Source: Acidimicrobiales bacterium (GTDB lineage: Bacteria; Actinomycetota; Acidimicrobiia; Acidimicrobiales; Bog-793). Taken from it: a DNA stretch of 64,000 nt. The stretch covers positions 18,383 to 82,382 of the forward strand of contig JBEKMZ010000007.1 in NCBI GenBank assembly GCA_049523315.1. Direction: 5' to 3'. A model generated the notes under the pieces. The model saw only the letters and a program-made list of their open reading frames with translations. It had not been told where the DNA came from and did no database searches. The position numbers and the translations under genes are program-made. Of the stretch, positions 55,481-64,000 are shown in pieces (position 1 is the stretch's first letter; the number at the start of each line of letters is the position of its first letter).

Positions 55481-56218
55481 TCAGCTCTCGCCCGGCACGC
55501 GCTTGGCGACCGGGAGGTAGTAGACGTTCGGGTTCGTGCCGAGCTCGGGGTGGAGCTGCTCAGCGCCACCGACGTTCACAAGCTCGTTGACCTGCGAGTC
55601 AGGGTCATTCAGATCACCGAAGACCCTCGCGCCGAGCGGGCAGGCCTCGACGCAGAAGGGCAGCTCTCCGACATCGATTCGCTCGACGCAAAAGGTGCAC
55701 TTCTCGACGACGCCCTTCGGGCGCTCAGGAGTGAACACGAGGCGGTCCCCGGTCCAGTACTCCTTGCCGTAGCCGACGACTCCGCCCGGGGCGTAGGTGG
55801 AGTCACCCCAGTTGAAGATGCGCACGCCGTAGGGGCACGCCGCCATGCAGTAGCGGCAGCCTATGCAGCGGTTGTAGTCGATGAGCACCGTCCCGTCATC
55901 CCGGCGGAAGGTCGCTTGCACCGGACACACCTTCACGCACGGGGCGTCGTTGCAGTGTTGGCAGGCGACCGGCAGGTACGCCAGCTCGCAGTTCGGGTAG
56001 GTACCCCACGGCACGTCCAGGTGGTCGCTTGCGGGCGCCTTCGCGGTCGTCGACTGGTTTGGCGCTGTGGTGAGGACCCGGTTCCAGAAATAGCCGAGGG
56101 GCTCGTTGTTGACCTCTTTGCAGGCGATGGCGCAGCTCCAGCAACCGACGCAACGGTTCGTGTCGATCACCATCACGTGGTGCGGGACGTAGTTCTTGTT
56201 GGAAGCCATGTCGGTCAC
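55481..56218 (-). CDS. 4Fe-4S ferredoxin-type electron-transfer subunit (PsrB/DmsB/NrfC-like)
   Basis: CVGCWSCAIACK, CQHCNDAPCVKVCP, CIGCRYCMAACP, CTFCVERI. Overlaps the stop of the catalytic subunit gene. Confidence 0.9.
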   Translation of the reverse strand: MTDMASNKNYVPHHVMVIDTNRCVGCWSCAIACKEVNNEPLGYFWNRVLTTAPNQSTTAKAPASDHLDVPWGTYPNCELAYLPVACQHCNDAPCVKVCPVQATFRRDDGTVLIDYNRCIGCRYCMAACPYGVRIFNWGDSTYAPGGVVGYGKEYWTGDRLVFTPERPKGVVEKCTFCVERIDVGELPFCVEACPLGARVFGDLNDPDSQVNELVNVGGAEQLHPELGTNPNVYYLPVAKRVPGES

Positions 56219-58707
56219 GCTCCTGGCTCGACTTGAACGAGGACGTCGTAGTACGCCGCGTTCGACGGGAAGTTGGGGATAAGCGACTGGGCAGGTTTCG
56301 CTATCTGGTGGGTCAGGTTGTTGGGGTGACCCTCGATGTAGTGCTTGACCCGGATCGTGTCCCAGCCTCCCTGGTAGCAGTTGACGACGCCCGGCTTCAT
56401 CGACTCGGTGAGACGGGCTCGTACCTTCATCTCACCCCGGTCGTTGAAGACCCTCACGATGTCGCCGTCCGCGATGGCTCGGGGAGCGGCGTCGCGCGGG
56501 TTGATCTCCAAGAAGCCGTCCCCGCCGTTGTTGATCTCCTTCAGCCACGGCAGGTTGACGAACTGCGAGTGGGTGCGGAACTTGGTGTGGGTCGAGAGGA
56601 AGACGAGCGGGTACTTGCCATACAGCGGGTTCGTCGGTGACGCCTCGATGGGTTCTTTGTGGTCGCAGAGCTCCTGGTCGTAAGGCAGCAGCATCTCGAC
56701 GTAGAACTCGATCTTGCCGCTCTTTGTTGGGAACTGCTTGTCAAAAAACGGCACATACGGCATCGGGTCGGTGTTGAGACGGACCGCCTCGGTCGTAAGC
56801 CGTTCCCAGGTGAGGCCTTGAACAGACGGGTCCGCGTCGGGTTGACCGAGCTTCATCATCTGCTTTAGGTACTGCTCGGGTGTGTCGGTGAAGTACGCCC
56901 CGTATCCCATCTTCTCGGCGATCATGTTGATGGCGTCGAGATCGGACTTCGACTCGAAGAGCGGGTCGATGATCTTGGGCATGTACTGCAGGTAGAAGTT
57001 GTTGGACGAGAGCAAGTCGGTCTTCTCGAAATAAGTGCAAGCCGGAAGAATGACATCGGCCAGGTCCGCCGTCGCCGTCATCGAGTAGTCGGAGACGACG
57101 ACGAACTCGAGCTGTTCCATGGCGGCCCTGACCCGGTTCCGGTCCGACATCTGCTGGGCGAAGTTGTCGATCGGGAACCAGGCCGCCTTCACCGGGAAGG
57201 GATCGCCCTTCTCGACGGCGTCGCAGAAGTTCATCGGCTCGAGCAGCGTGTAGATCTTGGTCCCCTTCGGGGCCCAGAAATCGAACAGGTCGAACGGCGC
57301 GAAGGTCGCCGCTATCCCTCCGGCGAAGGTCGTCACTCCGCCGCCGTGCACGCCGATGTTCCCCGTGATCGCCTGCAAGGTCAAAAGCGCCTGCATGTGT
57401 AAGTCGCCGTGGTACCAGTGCGAGAGCCCGAAGCCGACCCTCACTGCGAGGGGCTTGCTAGACCCCCAGACCTGTCCGAGGGATATCACCTGCGCGGCGG
57501 GAACATCGGTCAGCTTGGAGGTGTACTCGGGCGTGTACTTGGCGGCCATGTCGGAAAGGGCCTGCAAGGCGGTGCGCGCCTGCAGCTTGCCGACGGCATG
57601 GGTCCCGAGGATCGCAGGTGTCTTGAGTGTGGGGTCGCTCGCCGCTTTGGCCTTGTTGTCCGACTCGTCGAAGACGACGTAGTCATCCTTGGCGCCGGGA
57701 ATGACCTCCTTGGCTCGGAGCCACTTCCCGTTCCGCGGGTCGATGAGGTATGGGCCGACCGTGTTGGCGCGGATGTAGGCGGCGTCGTAGGTACCGTTTT
57801 GGAAGATCTGGTGAATGATGCCGTCGATGAGGGCTGTGTCGGCCCCCGGGCGGATGGGCACGAACTCGTCCGACTGGGCGCAGGTGACGGTGAAGCGGGG
57901 GTCGACCGAGATGAGCTGGGTGCCGTTCTGGTCCCGGGCGTCGCACATGATCCGCCAGTCCGGGATCGAGGTCTCGGCGACGTTGTTGGCCCAGAAGACG
58001 ATCGTCTTGGCGCTCATGAAGTCGACCGACTCGTGCCCGGTGAAAAAGCCGCCGGCGTTGGACGGGTTGGTCGGGTCGACAAGGACGTAGTTCCACCCCG
58101 CCGGGGTCGCGGAGTCGCCCTCGTTGTCGCCCTCGGAGTCGCCCGCCGAGGCGCCGATGACGCTCGCGAAGCGGAAGCCAGCCCCGACGACGCCTTCGAT
58201 CAGGGCCAGAGAGCCGGTGTAGGGCGCGACCCACACCGCCGTCTTGCCGTACTTCTGCTGGATCCGTTTGAAGTTGTCGGCGATCAGTGTTGTCGCCTCG
58301 TCCCAGGTGATGCGCTGCCACTTGCCCGAGCCTCGTTCCCCCACGCGCTTGTAGGGGTACTTGATCCTGTCAGGGCTGTATGTGTTGGAGATCTGCGAGA
58401 GGCCCCGCAAGCAGATCCGTGGGTGGAAGGTCGGCGCCTGCTCGCCTGAGACGGTCGTCGTCCCCCAGCTCGCCGGGCCGATCATCGTGACGCGTCCGTC
58501 GGTGACGTGGACGAGGTGGCCACAAGCCCCGTCGCAGTTATTGGAGTGCCCCGTCCGGTAGACGACCTCCTTTCCCGTCAGGAACTCCTCTTCGCTCGCG
58601 AGCTCACCGGTCGACGGCTCAAGGAAGCGAAGGTGGTCGGCGACAGCCAGCCCACCCACCACGGCCGCGCTGCCTCCGAGAAAAGATCGCCTCGAGAACT
58701 TGGACAT
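56215..58707 (-). CDS. Tat-exported molybdopterin (bis-PGD) oxidoreductase catalytic subunit, substrate unknown
   Basis: Twin-arginine signal SRRSFLGGSAAVVGG. FS0 motif HSNNCDGAC plus a Cys about 36 residues later. MopB and C-terminal dinucleotide-binding blocks. The second of two adjacent ATGs was chosen on SD spacing (GAGGAGG). Confidence 0.9.
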   Translation of the reverse strand: MSKFSRRSFLGGSAAVVGGLAVADHLRFLEPSTGELASEEEFLTGKEVVYRTGHSNNCDGACGHLVHVTDGRVTMIGPASWGTTTVSGEQAPTFHPRICLRGLSQISNTYSPDRIKYPYKRVGERGSGKWQRITWDEATTLIADNFKRIQQKYGKTAVWVAPYTGSLALIEGVVGAGFRFASVIGASAGDSEGDNEGDSATPAGWNYVLVDPTNPSNAGGFFTGHESVDFMSAKTIVFWANNVAETSIPDWRIMCDARDQNGTQLISVDPRFTVTCAQSDEFVPIRPGADTALIDGIIHQIFQNGTYDAAYIRANTVGPYLIDPRNGKWLRAKEVIPGAKDDYVVFDESDNKAKAASDPTLKTPAILGTHAVGKLQARTALQALSDMAAKYTPEYTSKLTDVPAAQVISLGQVWGSSKPLAVRVGFGLSHWYHGDLHMQALLTLQAITGNIGVHGGGVTTFAGGIAATFAPFDLFDFWAPKGTKIYTLLEPMNFCDAVEKGDPFPVKAAWFPIDNFAQQMSDRNRVRAAMEQLEFVVVSDYSMTATADLADVILPACTYFEKTDLLSSNNFYLQYMPKIIDPLFESKSDLDAINMIAEKMGYGAYFTDTPEQYLKQMMKLGQPDADPSVQGLTWERLTTEAVRLNTDPMPYVPFFDKQFPTKSGKIEFYVEMLLPYDQELCDHKEPIEASPTNPLYGKYPLVFLSTHTKFRTHSQFVNLPWLKEINNGGDGFLEINPRDAAPRAIADGDIVRVFNDRGEMKVRARLTESMKPGVVNCYQGGWDTIRVKHYIEGHPNNLTHQIAKPAQSLIPNFPSNAAYYDVLVQVEPGA

Positions 58708-59106
58708 CATTCCTCCTCGGGCTGTTGCACCCTCTGATCTGCAGACATAAATCCAGCTAAACAACTTCCCGAGAAGGTGCCCAGGGCCAAAAGACCCCGC
58801 TGATGAAACAAACGACCCAGCACAAATAACTTGCGGCCCGACGGCGACAACGGCGCGGCGGGATGACGAGAAGACCTCCGAAGCGACCGAAGAACACCAT
58901 TTCGCCGGCCGGGATCGAAATAACCCACTCCCTCTCGGTCCCTAACCTTGGAGAACCAGTGCAGAGCCACCGGGTCAGCCCGGAGGTGGCTGGGCGGACA
59001 GGTGGTCCTATGGGTCTTCTTGTTGGCCGTAGTCCGTGTTTGACTATGGTGCCAAAGTGCTCCGTGGTTGGGACCGCAAAGGTCCTCGCGCGACAAGGCC
59101 TGCGCA

Positions 59107-59127
59107 GTCACACGTTGTATTTGTGAC
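59107..59127. promoter_or_regulatory. inverted repeat GTCACA-N9-TGTGAC (candidate operator)
   Basis: Perfect 6-bp arms, 23 nt upstream of the regulator start codon, in the divergent region shared with the molybdoenzyme operon. Confidence 0.3.
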
Positions 59128-59137
59128 GGTCGCGGAT

Positions 59138-59143
59138 GATAAT
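59138..59143 (+). promoter_or_regulatory. -10-like hexamer GATAAT positioned for a leaderless transcript
   Basis: The last base of the hexamer is 7 nt before the GTG at 59150, and no SD sequence lies between them. Confidence 0.3.
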
Positions 59144-59149
59144 TGACAG

Positions 59150-59881
59150 GTGCCGTCCCTCGAGCCCGGTCCACTGGCCGGGCGTGCTCGCCCCGGCGAA
59201 CGACGCAAGTCCCTCCTGGAAGTACTTCGCGGATCGGATCTGCCTCTGGACGCCTCCGAGGCGGGACGCAGGGTCGGATTGCACCGCAACAGCGCCCGTG
59301 CCCACCTCGACGCCCTCGTCGCCGTCGGGCTGGCGAGGCGCCGGGTCGAACTGCGCGCAACTCGGGGGCGTCCACGCGTCCTCTACGAGCTGGCGACGGC
59401 CTCTGCGGCCGTCCCGGAGTCTTCGCGCGGCGAAATGGACCATGGCTACCTGGATCTCGCGCAGTTGCTCGCCGGCCAGTTGACCCAGCTGGAGGACGCG
59501 TCGCGTGAGGCAGTCCGCGCGGGGCGCCGGTGGGCGGCGGCCGTCGACTCGTCACCGCTGTGTGTCGGCCGCATGGGTCCCATCGAGGCGATGAGGACCG
59601 TGGCGGGCCTGTTCGACAAGCTCGGATTCGGCTCCGAGCTAGTCCTCGACGAGAAACGGATCCTGCTTCACAGCTGCCCGTTCCTGGAAGTCGCGAAGCA
59701 GGCGAGGCCGGTCGTCTGCGGTGTCCACCTCGGCATGTTGAAGGCAACCTTGGAGCGCCTCGAAGCCCCTTTGGAGGTGACCGGCTTTCATCCGCTCGTC
59801 GAGGACGATCCTCCCCTTTGCGTTGTCAGCTTTGCCGCGACTGTCACGCGGGCACGGACCCGTTCCACCGAGAGCTCCTGA
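59150..59881 (+). CDS. winged-HTH transcriptional regulator (ArsR-like N-terminus, Cys-containing C-terminal domain)
   Basis: LLEVLRGSD.PLDASEAGRRVGLHRNSARAHLDALVAVGL, then HSCPFLEVA...VVCGVHLG. Confidence 0.7.
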   Translation: MPSLEPGPLAGRARPGERRKSLLEVLRGSDLPLDASEAGRRVGLHRNSARAHLDALVAVGLARRRVELRATRGRPRVLYELATASAAVPESSRGEMDHGYLDLAQLLAGQLTQLEDASREAVRAGRRWAAAVDSSPLCVGRMGPIEAMRTVAGLFDKLGFGSELVLDEKRILLHSCPFLEVAKQARPVVCGVHLGMLKATLERLEAPLEVTGFHPLVEDDPPLCVVSFAATVTRARTRSTESS

Positions 59882-59936
59882 TTAGGTCTCGCCGGCTCGA
59901 GCACCGTCGCGCAGGCGCGACTCGGCCTTCGGACTA

Positions 59937-61313
59937 TCACCCCCAGGTTGAGCGAGTCGGCGGCATGCCGCTGCGGCCAGCCTCGGAAACTACACCGAGA
60001 ACCTGGTGAACAGCGATGCCGCCGTCCTCGAAGCCGACCACGGACGCAGCCATGTAGAGCCGCCAGATCCTCGCACGCGCCAGGCCCACCTCTTCGACAG
60101 CGTCATCCCAGTTGGCCTCGAGATTGGCTACCCAGGCGCGAAGCGTCCTGGCATAGTGCTCCCGAAGCGACTCGAGGTCGCGACACTCGAACCCGGCCTG
60201 CTCCATGGCCAAGACGACGTCACCGACATCGAGCAGCTCGCCGTCCGGAAAGACGTAGCGCCCGAAGAAGCTCCACGGCCTCAGCCTCGATCCCCCGACC
60301 TCGGAGATGGCATGGTTCAACAACCTTCCTTCCGGCACGAGCAAGCCGTGCAAGGTCTCGAAGTACTTGGCGGTTCGCACCTTGCCGACGTGCTCGAACA
60401 TGCCGACCGAGGAGATGGCGTCGAAGCGCTCTCCCTCGAGCTCCCTGTAGTCCTGCACCCGGATCTCGACCCGGTCGCTGAGGCCTGACGCCGCCACCCG
60501 TTGGCGGGCGTAGCCGGCTTGCACCTTGCTCAAGGTGATCCCGACGACATTGGCGTCAAAGTTGGCAGCGGCGTGCATCGCCAGGGTCCCCCATCCGCAG
60601 CCGACGTCGAGAAGCCGCTTAGCTTTCTCCCCCAGGCCCAGCTTGCGGCAGATCAGCTCGTGCTTGGACTCCTGGGCTTGCTCCAGGCTCATGGACGGAT
60701 CGGCAAAGCGCGCGCAGGAATAGGTCATGGTCGGCCCCAGCACGAGCTCGTAGAAGTCGTTGCCCACGTCGTAGTGGTGCGTTACGACGCGGGTGTCGCG
60801 CCGCAACGAGTGCCTCAGGCCGCCGAGCCTCGCTTCCTCGCTAGGCGCGGGCAGGGGCAGACCGATTGCCCCAGCCCGCCAGGCGGCATTGAACGCCGCC
60901 GGCACGGCGCGAAGCCCCACGCGCAGGTCGCGGGGCGCGGCGTCGTGCAGGCTGTTGATCATGGCGACGATGTCGCCTTCCAGTTCGACGTCACCTGCGA
61001 CATAGGCGCGACCGAAGCCGAGCTCGCCGGGGGCCCAGAGGATGCGCCGCAGGGCGTCGGCACTGCGGACATGGATGGTCCCCGGGCCGTCTCTCGGCCC
61101 GAAGCTGCTGCCGTCCCACAGCTCGAATCGGACCGGGACACCTCCGCCGAACAAGCTGGCAATTATTGGCGCCAGGGCGTGCGCGGCACTCTTGCGCCGT
61201 TGTGGTGGAACACCCATTGATCTGAGCGTCGGTGGCTTTGGCTCACTCGATCCCCCTGCCCACGGCATGGACGACTGCTCGGTGACCATTGGATACCTCC
61301 AGAGTTGGTTCAT
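59937..61313 (-). CDS. cfa: cyclopropane-fatty-acyl-phospholipid synthase family methyltransferase
   Basis: HYDVGNDFYELVLGPTMTYSCA, the SAM motif LLDVGCGWGTL, and ISSVGMFEHVG. Confidence 0.9.
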   Translation of the reverse strand: MNQLWRYPMVTEQSSMPWAGGSSEPKPPTLRSMGVPPQRRKSAAHALAPIIASLFGGGVPVRFELWDGSSFGPRDGPGTIHVRSADALRRILWAPGELGFGRAYVAGDVELEGDIVAMINSLHDAAPRDLRVGLRAVPAAFNAAWRAGAIGLPLPAPSEEARLGGLRHSLRRDTRVVTHHYDVGNDFYELVLGPTMTYSCARFADPSMSLEQAQESKHELICRKLGLGEKAKRLLDVGCGWGTLAMHAAANFDANVVGITLSKVQAGYARQRVAASGLSDRVEIRVQDYRELEGERFDAISSVGMFEHVGKVRTAKYFETLHGLLVPEGRLLNHAISEVGGSRLRPWSFFGRYVFPDGELLDVGDVVLAMEQAGFECRDLESLREHYARTLRAWVANLEANWDDAVEEVGLARARIWRLYMAASVVGFEDGGIAVHQVLGVVSEAGRSGMPPTRSTWG

Positions 61314-61410
61314 GCGCCGTTTCCGGACGGCGCGTTCACCTTGATATCTCCTGTCTCCTCATCCGACGCGCGGACTTGTGTCGAGAATATCGGGACAGCA
61401 GGTCCCAAGC

Positions 61411-62691
61411 TCAGTCGCCGGCCGGGCCTGGCTCTCGGAGCTGGACGGCGATGCCCTTTCGGTCCGCCATCTGGGCCTCGGAGCTGAGGATACGCGAGAC
61501 GTAGGCGGCTATCGAGTCGGCGAGAAAGATGCTCCCCGCCATGTTCAGGTGGATGCCGTCCAGTCGAACCATGACTTGTTGACCGTCGATCAGGCGGGTG
61601 GGAGCGTAGGTCCAACCGGGACCGTTCAGAACGCTACCCGGGTTGAAAAAGGTCACTCCCGGGTGATCGGCGGCCTCTTTCGCACAGACCTCGTCGATCA
61701 CTTGCATGTACCCCGAGAGCTGCGGGTCCTGCATCGCCGGCTCCCCGATCCAGAGCACCTTTGAGCCCTCGCGTACGAGCGAGGCCATGATCGCGGCGAT
61801 CCTCGCCGCGTAGGCCTTCTTCCACAAAGGGCTCCCGACAGTCTGGGCCGTCCCGTCGACCAACATGTCCTGGCCGTCGTTGGCGCTTCCCATGTAGATC
61901 ACGAGCCGCGGACGACGGGCGGCTACGACTGCGAGCAGGTGGCGCGCCCAGTCGAAGTAGCCGGTGTTCACGAGGCCGCTGCCGACCTGGTACTCGGCCA
62001 GGGTCCTCAGCTCCGGCGAGGTGACGTGATAGGAGTCCCACGCCCACTCGGGCCCGGCCGCGGTCGAGTCGCCTGCGAAATAGATCGGGGGCCCGCTCGG
62101 GCCGGGCACGGGCGGCGCCGCCTTCTGCGTCGCCAGGTCGTGCGCCAGCACCTCGTGCGCCAAGGCGACGAGCTGGTTGGTGTGCAGCTCGGTGAAATCA
62201 CCCACCTGCTGCCACAACAACCAGTAGGACGTGCCCGAGGCCGTGAAGTAGAGGTACCGGTTGTTGGCGATGATGGCTTGCTGGCCTAGACCCGTGATCG
62301 TCTCGAGCGTGTCGACGTACTGGGTGGCCGTGTCGAAAGACGTGTTCGGCTCCACCGCCAGAGCCAGGAAGGCATCGGATCCCACGAGCCACTGGCAATA
62401 GGGATAGGTCGGGGTCGCAGGGCTCACCGGTCCGCCGAACTGCGCTTGGATCTGCGACCGGCTCAGCAGCCTGCACGCAACTCGAGTCATGTGACTGCCA
62501 AGTGAGCCGTCGTCGATCCGGGGCGGCGCCGGTCGAGGCAGGGTCGCCGGTTGCGTGCTCGTCGTGGTCACCACGAAGGTGCTGGTTGTCGTGGCCGAGG
62601 TCGTGGGCGTGCTCGTGACCGGCCGGTCCCCGCTTGCAGCCGAGACGCAGCCGCCCGTGACCGCAGCCACGAGCAGGAGGAGGGCACCCAT
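61411..62691 (-). CDS. SGNH/GDSL-type hydrolase lipoprotein
   Basis: Track ORF trimmed to the ATG at 62691 (alternative at 62748). Lipobox-like LLLVAAVTGGC. SGNH blocks FAGDST, GSANDG and DGIHLN. Confidence 0.7.
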   Translation of the reverse strand: MGALLLLVAAVTGGCVSAASGDRPVTSTPTTSATTTSTFVVTTTSTQPATLPRPAPPRIDDGSLGSHMTRVACRLLSRSQIQAQFGGPVSPATPTYPYCQWLVGSDAFLALAVEPNTSFDTATQYVDTLETITGLGQQAIIANNRYLYFTASGTSYWLLWQQVGDFTELHTNQLVALAHEVLAHDLATQKAAPPVPGPSGPPIYFAGDSTAAGPEWAWDSYHVTSPELRTLAEYQVGSGLVNTGYFDWARHLLAVVAARRPRLVIYMGSANDGQDMLVDGTAQTVGSPLWKKAYAARIAAIMASLVREGSKVLWIGEPAMQDPQLSGYMQVIDEVCAKEAADHPGVTFFNPGSVLNGPGWTYAPTRLIDGQQVMVRLDGIHLNMAGSIFLADSIAAYVSRILSSEAQMADRKGIAVQLREPGPAGD

Positions 62692-62921
62692 GAAACCCGC
62701 GCCTACGCGAGAGCGAAAGGCCCTGATCACCAGGCAGAGGCTAAGCATCAGCTGGACCAGGCGGTATCGCGGCTCCTGCCAGTTGTCCGCGGGTGGCACA
62801 CGAGCGAGTTCCGACAAGCAACGATGAGCAGAACAGGCAAAACTCGCGCCGTGCCCGCTCTCAGAGATCGCTGCGACCACCTTTTCGCCCCCGGGGCTCT
62901 CGGCATCGCGTGTGTGCCGGC

Positions 62922-64000
62922 ATGAAGCTTCTCGCAGTCGAGCTGCGTCGGGTCCGCCTGCCGCTCGTCTCTGCATTCCGCTCGTCGATTGGGACAGAAT
63001 CCGTACGCGAAGCCCTGCTGGTCCGTGTCGAGTCCGACGAAGGCGAAGGATGGGGCGAGTGCGTCGCAGCCTCCGACCCGCTTTACTCCTCGGAGTACCT
63101 CGACTCGGCATGGCTGACGCTCGGGCGCTACCTCGCTCCCTGCCTGCTGGGCCGAAAAGATCTCGTCGCCGCCGACGTGCAGTCGTGTCTCGCGCCCTTC
63201 AAAGGGCACCGTATGGCCAAGGCAGCCCTGGAGATGGCCGTGCTCGACGCCGAGCTGCGCCAGGCGGGAGTGTCTCTTCGAGCCTTCCTCGGAGGCGTCT
63301 TCGACTGGGTGACGCCGGGAGTGGCCGTGGGCATCATGAGCTCGGTCGAGGAGTTAGTGGACCGCGTCACCGGGTACCTCGAGGAGGGCTACAAGCGGGT
63401 GAAGCTGAAGGTCGAGCCCGGTTGGGATCTGGAGCCGGTGGCGGCGACGCGGGAGCGCTTCGGGGTCGGTCTCATGTTGCAGGTAGACGCCAATGGGTCG
63501 TACCGACGATCCGACTCCGAGCATCTCGCCGAGCTCGACCAGTTCTCGCTGCTGCTCATAGAGCAGCCTCTCGAGGAGGACGACCTCATCGGCCACGCCG
63601 AACTGGCGGCTCGAGTGGCGACCCCGATCTGCCTCGACGAGTCGATCGTGTCGGCTCACAGCGCCGCAGCGGCCATATCGCTCGGAGCCTGCTCCGTGGT
63701 GAACATCAAGGCAGGGCGTGTCGGCGGCTACCTGGAGGCCCGTGCGGTGCACGACGTCTGCGTGTCCGAAAACGTGCCGGTGTGGTGCGGCGGAATGCTC
63801 GAGACCGGGATCGGCCGGGCCGCGAACCTCGCTCTTGCCTCACTTCCGGGCTTCACGCTGCCGGGCGACATATCGGCCTCTGACCGGTACTTCCGCCAGG
63901 ACATCACCGCGCCGTTCCTACTCGACGAGGGCAAGATCGCGGTGCCGAGCGGTCCCGGCCTCGGCGTCGAGGTGCTGGTCCCCGTTCTCGAAGGTCTGAC
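62922..64000 (+). CDS. menC: o-succinylbenzoate synthase / N-acylamino-acid racemase subfamily enolase (3' end outside window)
   Basis: Not in the ORF track because there is no in-window stop. My translation from the ATG at 62922 reads MKLLAVELRRVRLPL...KRVKLKVEPGWD...QVDANGSY...IEQPLEEDD...CLDES...NIKAGRVGG...WCGGMLETGIGRAANLALASLP. Confidence 0.85.
   Translation, partial: MKLLAVELRRVRLPLVSAFRSSIGTESVREALLVRVESDEGEGWGECVAASDPLYSSEYLDSAWLTLGRYLAPCLLGRKDLVAADVQSCLAPFKGHRMAKAALEMAVLDAELRQAGVSLRAFLGGVFDWVTPGVAVGIMSSVEELVDRVTGYLEEGYKRVKLKVEPGWDLEPVAATRERFGVGLMLQVDANGSYRRSDSEHLAELDQFSLLLIEQPLEEDDLIGHAELAARVATPICLDESIVSAHSAAAAISLGACSVVNIKAGRVGGYLEARAVHDVCVSENVPVWCGGMLETGIGRAANLALASLPGFTLPGDISASDRYFRQDITAPFLLDEGKIAVPSGPGLGVEVLVPVLEGL

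Noticed and set aside
58863-59126. 87-aa ORF in the molybdoenzyme/regulator divergent region.
   Set aside because: It has no SD sequence, its composition is unlike the window's genes, and it lies in a lower-GC region that is more likely regulatory or RNA.
62912-63883. 323-aa plus-strand ORF listed in the track.
   Set aside because: The neighbouring frame starting at 62922 encodes a textbook OSBS/NAAAR enolase, so the listed ORF is its Arg-rich shadow frame.
1-64000. Scan for CRISPR arrays, tRNA/rRNA genes, transposases, integrases, phage genes and toxin-antitoxin or defence systems.
   Set aside because: None was found. The only repeats seen are two short in-frame tandem duplications and the diverged aroE-associated inverted copies. 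Every sizeable ORF with a coding signal has a housekeeping or transport assignment.

Overview
High-G+C, actinobacterial-type chromosomal window. Lineage markers are mycothiol synthase mshD, a polyprenol-phosphate mannose synthase and menaquinone genes. It is densely packed with housekeeping genes, many translationally coupled through ATGA/GTGA overlaps. Contents in order: hisF-hisA-hisH-hisB behind rlmN and mshD (minus strand); nth; hisD-hisC (plus); pstSCAB with PHO-box-like 11-nt repeats upstream; SDR, menG, menF, an alpha/beta hydrolase, ppm1; an AI-2E transporter; a UPF0104 membrane protein; ppx-ppk; two SEDS (FtsW/RodA) genes flanking a DUF151 nuclease-like gene; aroE-ruvX-alaS-rarA-aspS-hisS-relA; a GT-C-like membrane protein; a 1-Cys peroxiredoxin; an ABC-2 exporter (ATPase plus two permeases); a KdpD-like/KdpE-like two-component pair; two tandem Pro-rich small membrane paralogs; an MFS transporter; a five-gene Tat-exported molybdopterin oxidoreductase operon with a divergent HTH regulator; cfa; an SGNH lipoprotein; and menC, which runs off the 3' edge and is absent from the ORF track. 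I found no rRNA, tRNA, CRISPR array, transposase, integrase or recognisable defence system, so most of the window is ordinary core genome. The most unusual locus is aroE. It carries a ~300-nt in-frame, AT-richer insertion. The stop-rich, lower-GC 0.4-kb segment just downstream contains a diverged inverted copy of the same sequence, so both may be copies of an unclassified small element or structured RNA. The second point of interest is the molybdoenzyme operon, which mixes a NarG-like FS0 motif, an NrfD anchor and an extra cytoplasmic poly-ferredoxin behind a long low-GC leader. All coordinates, motifs and alignments were derived by eye; no searches were run.
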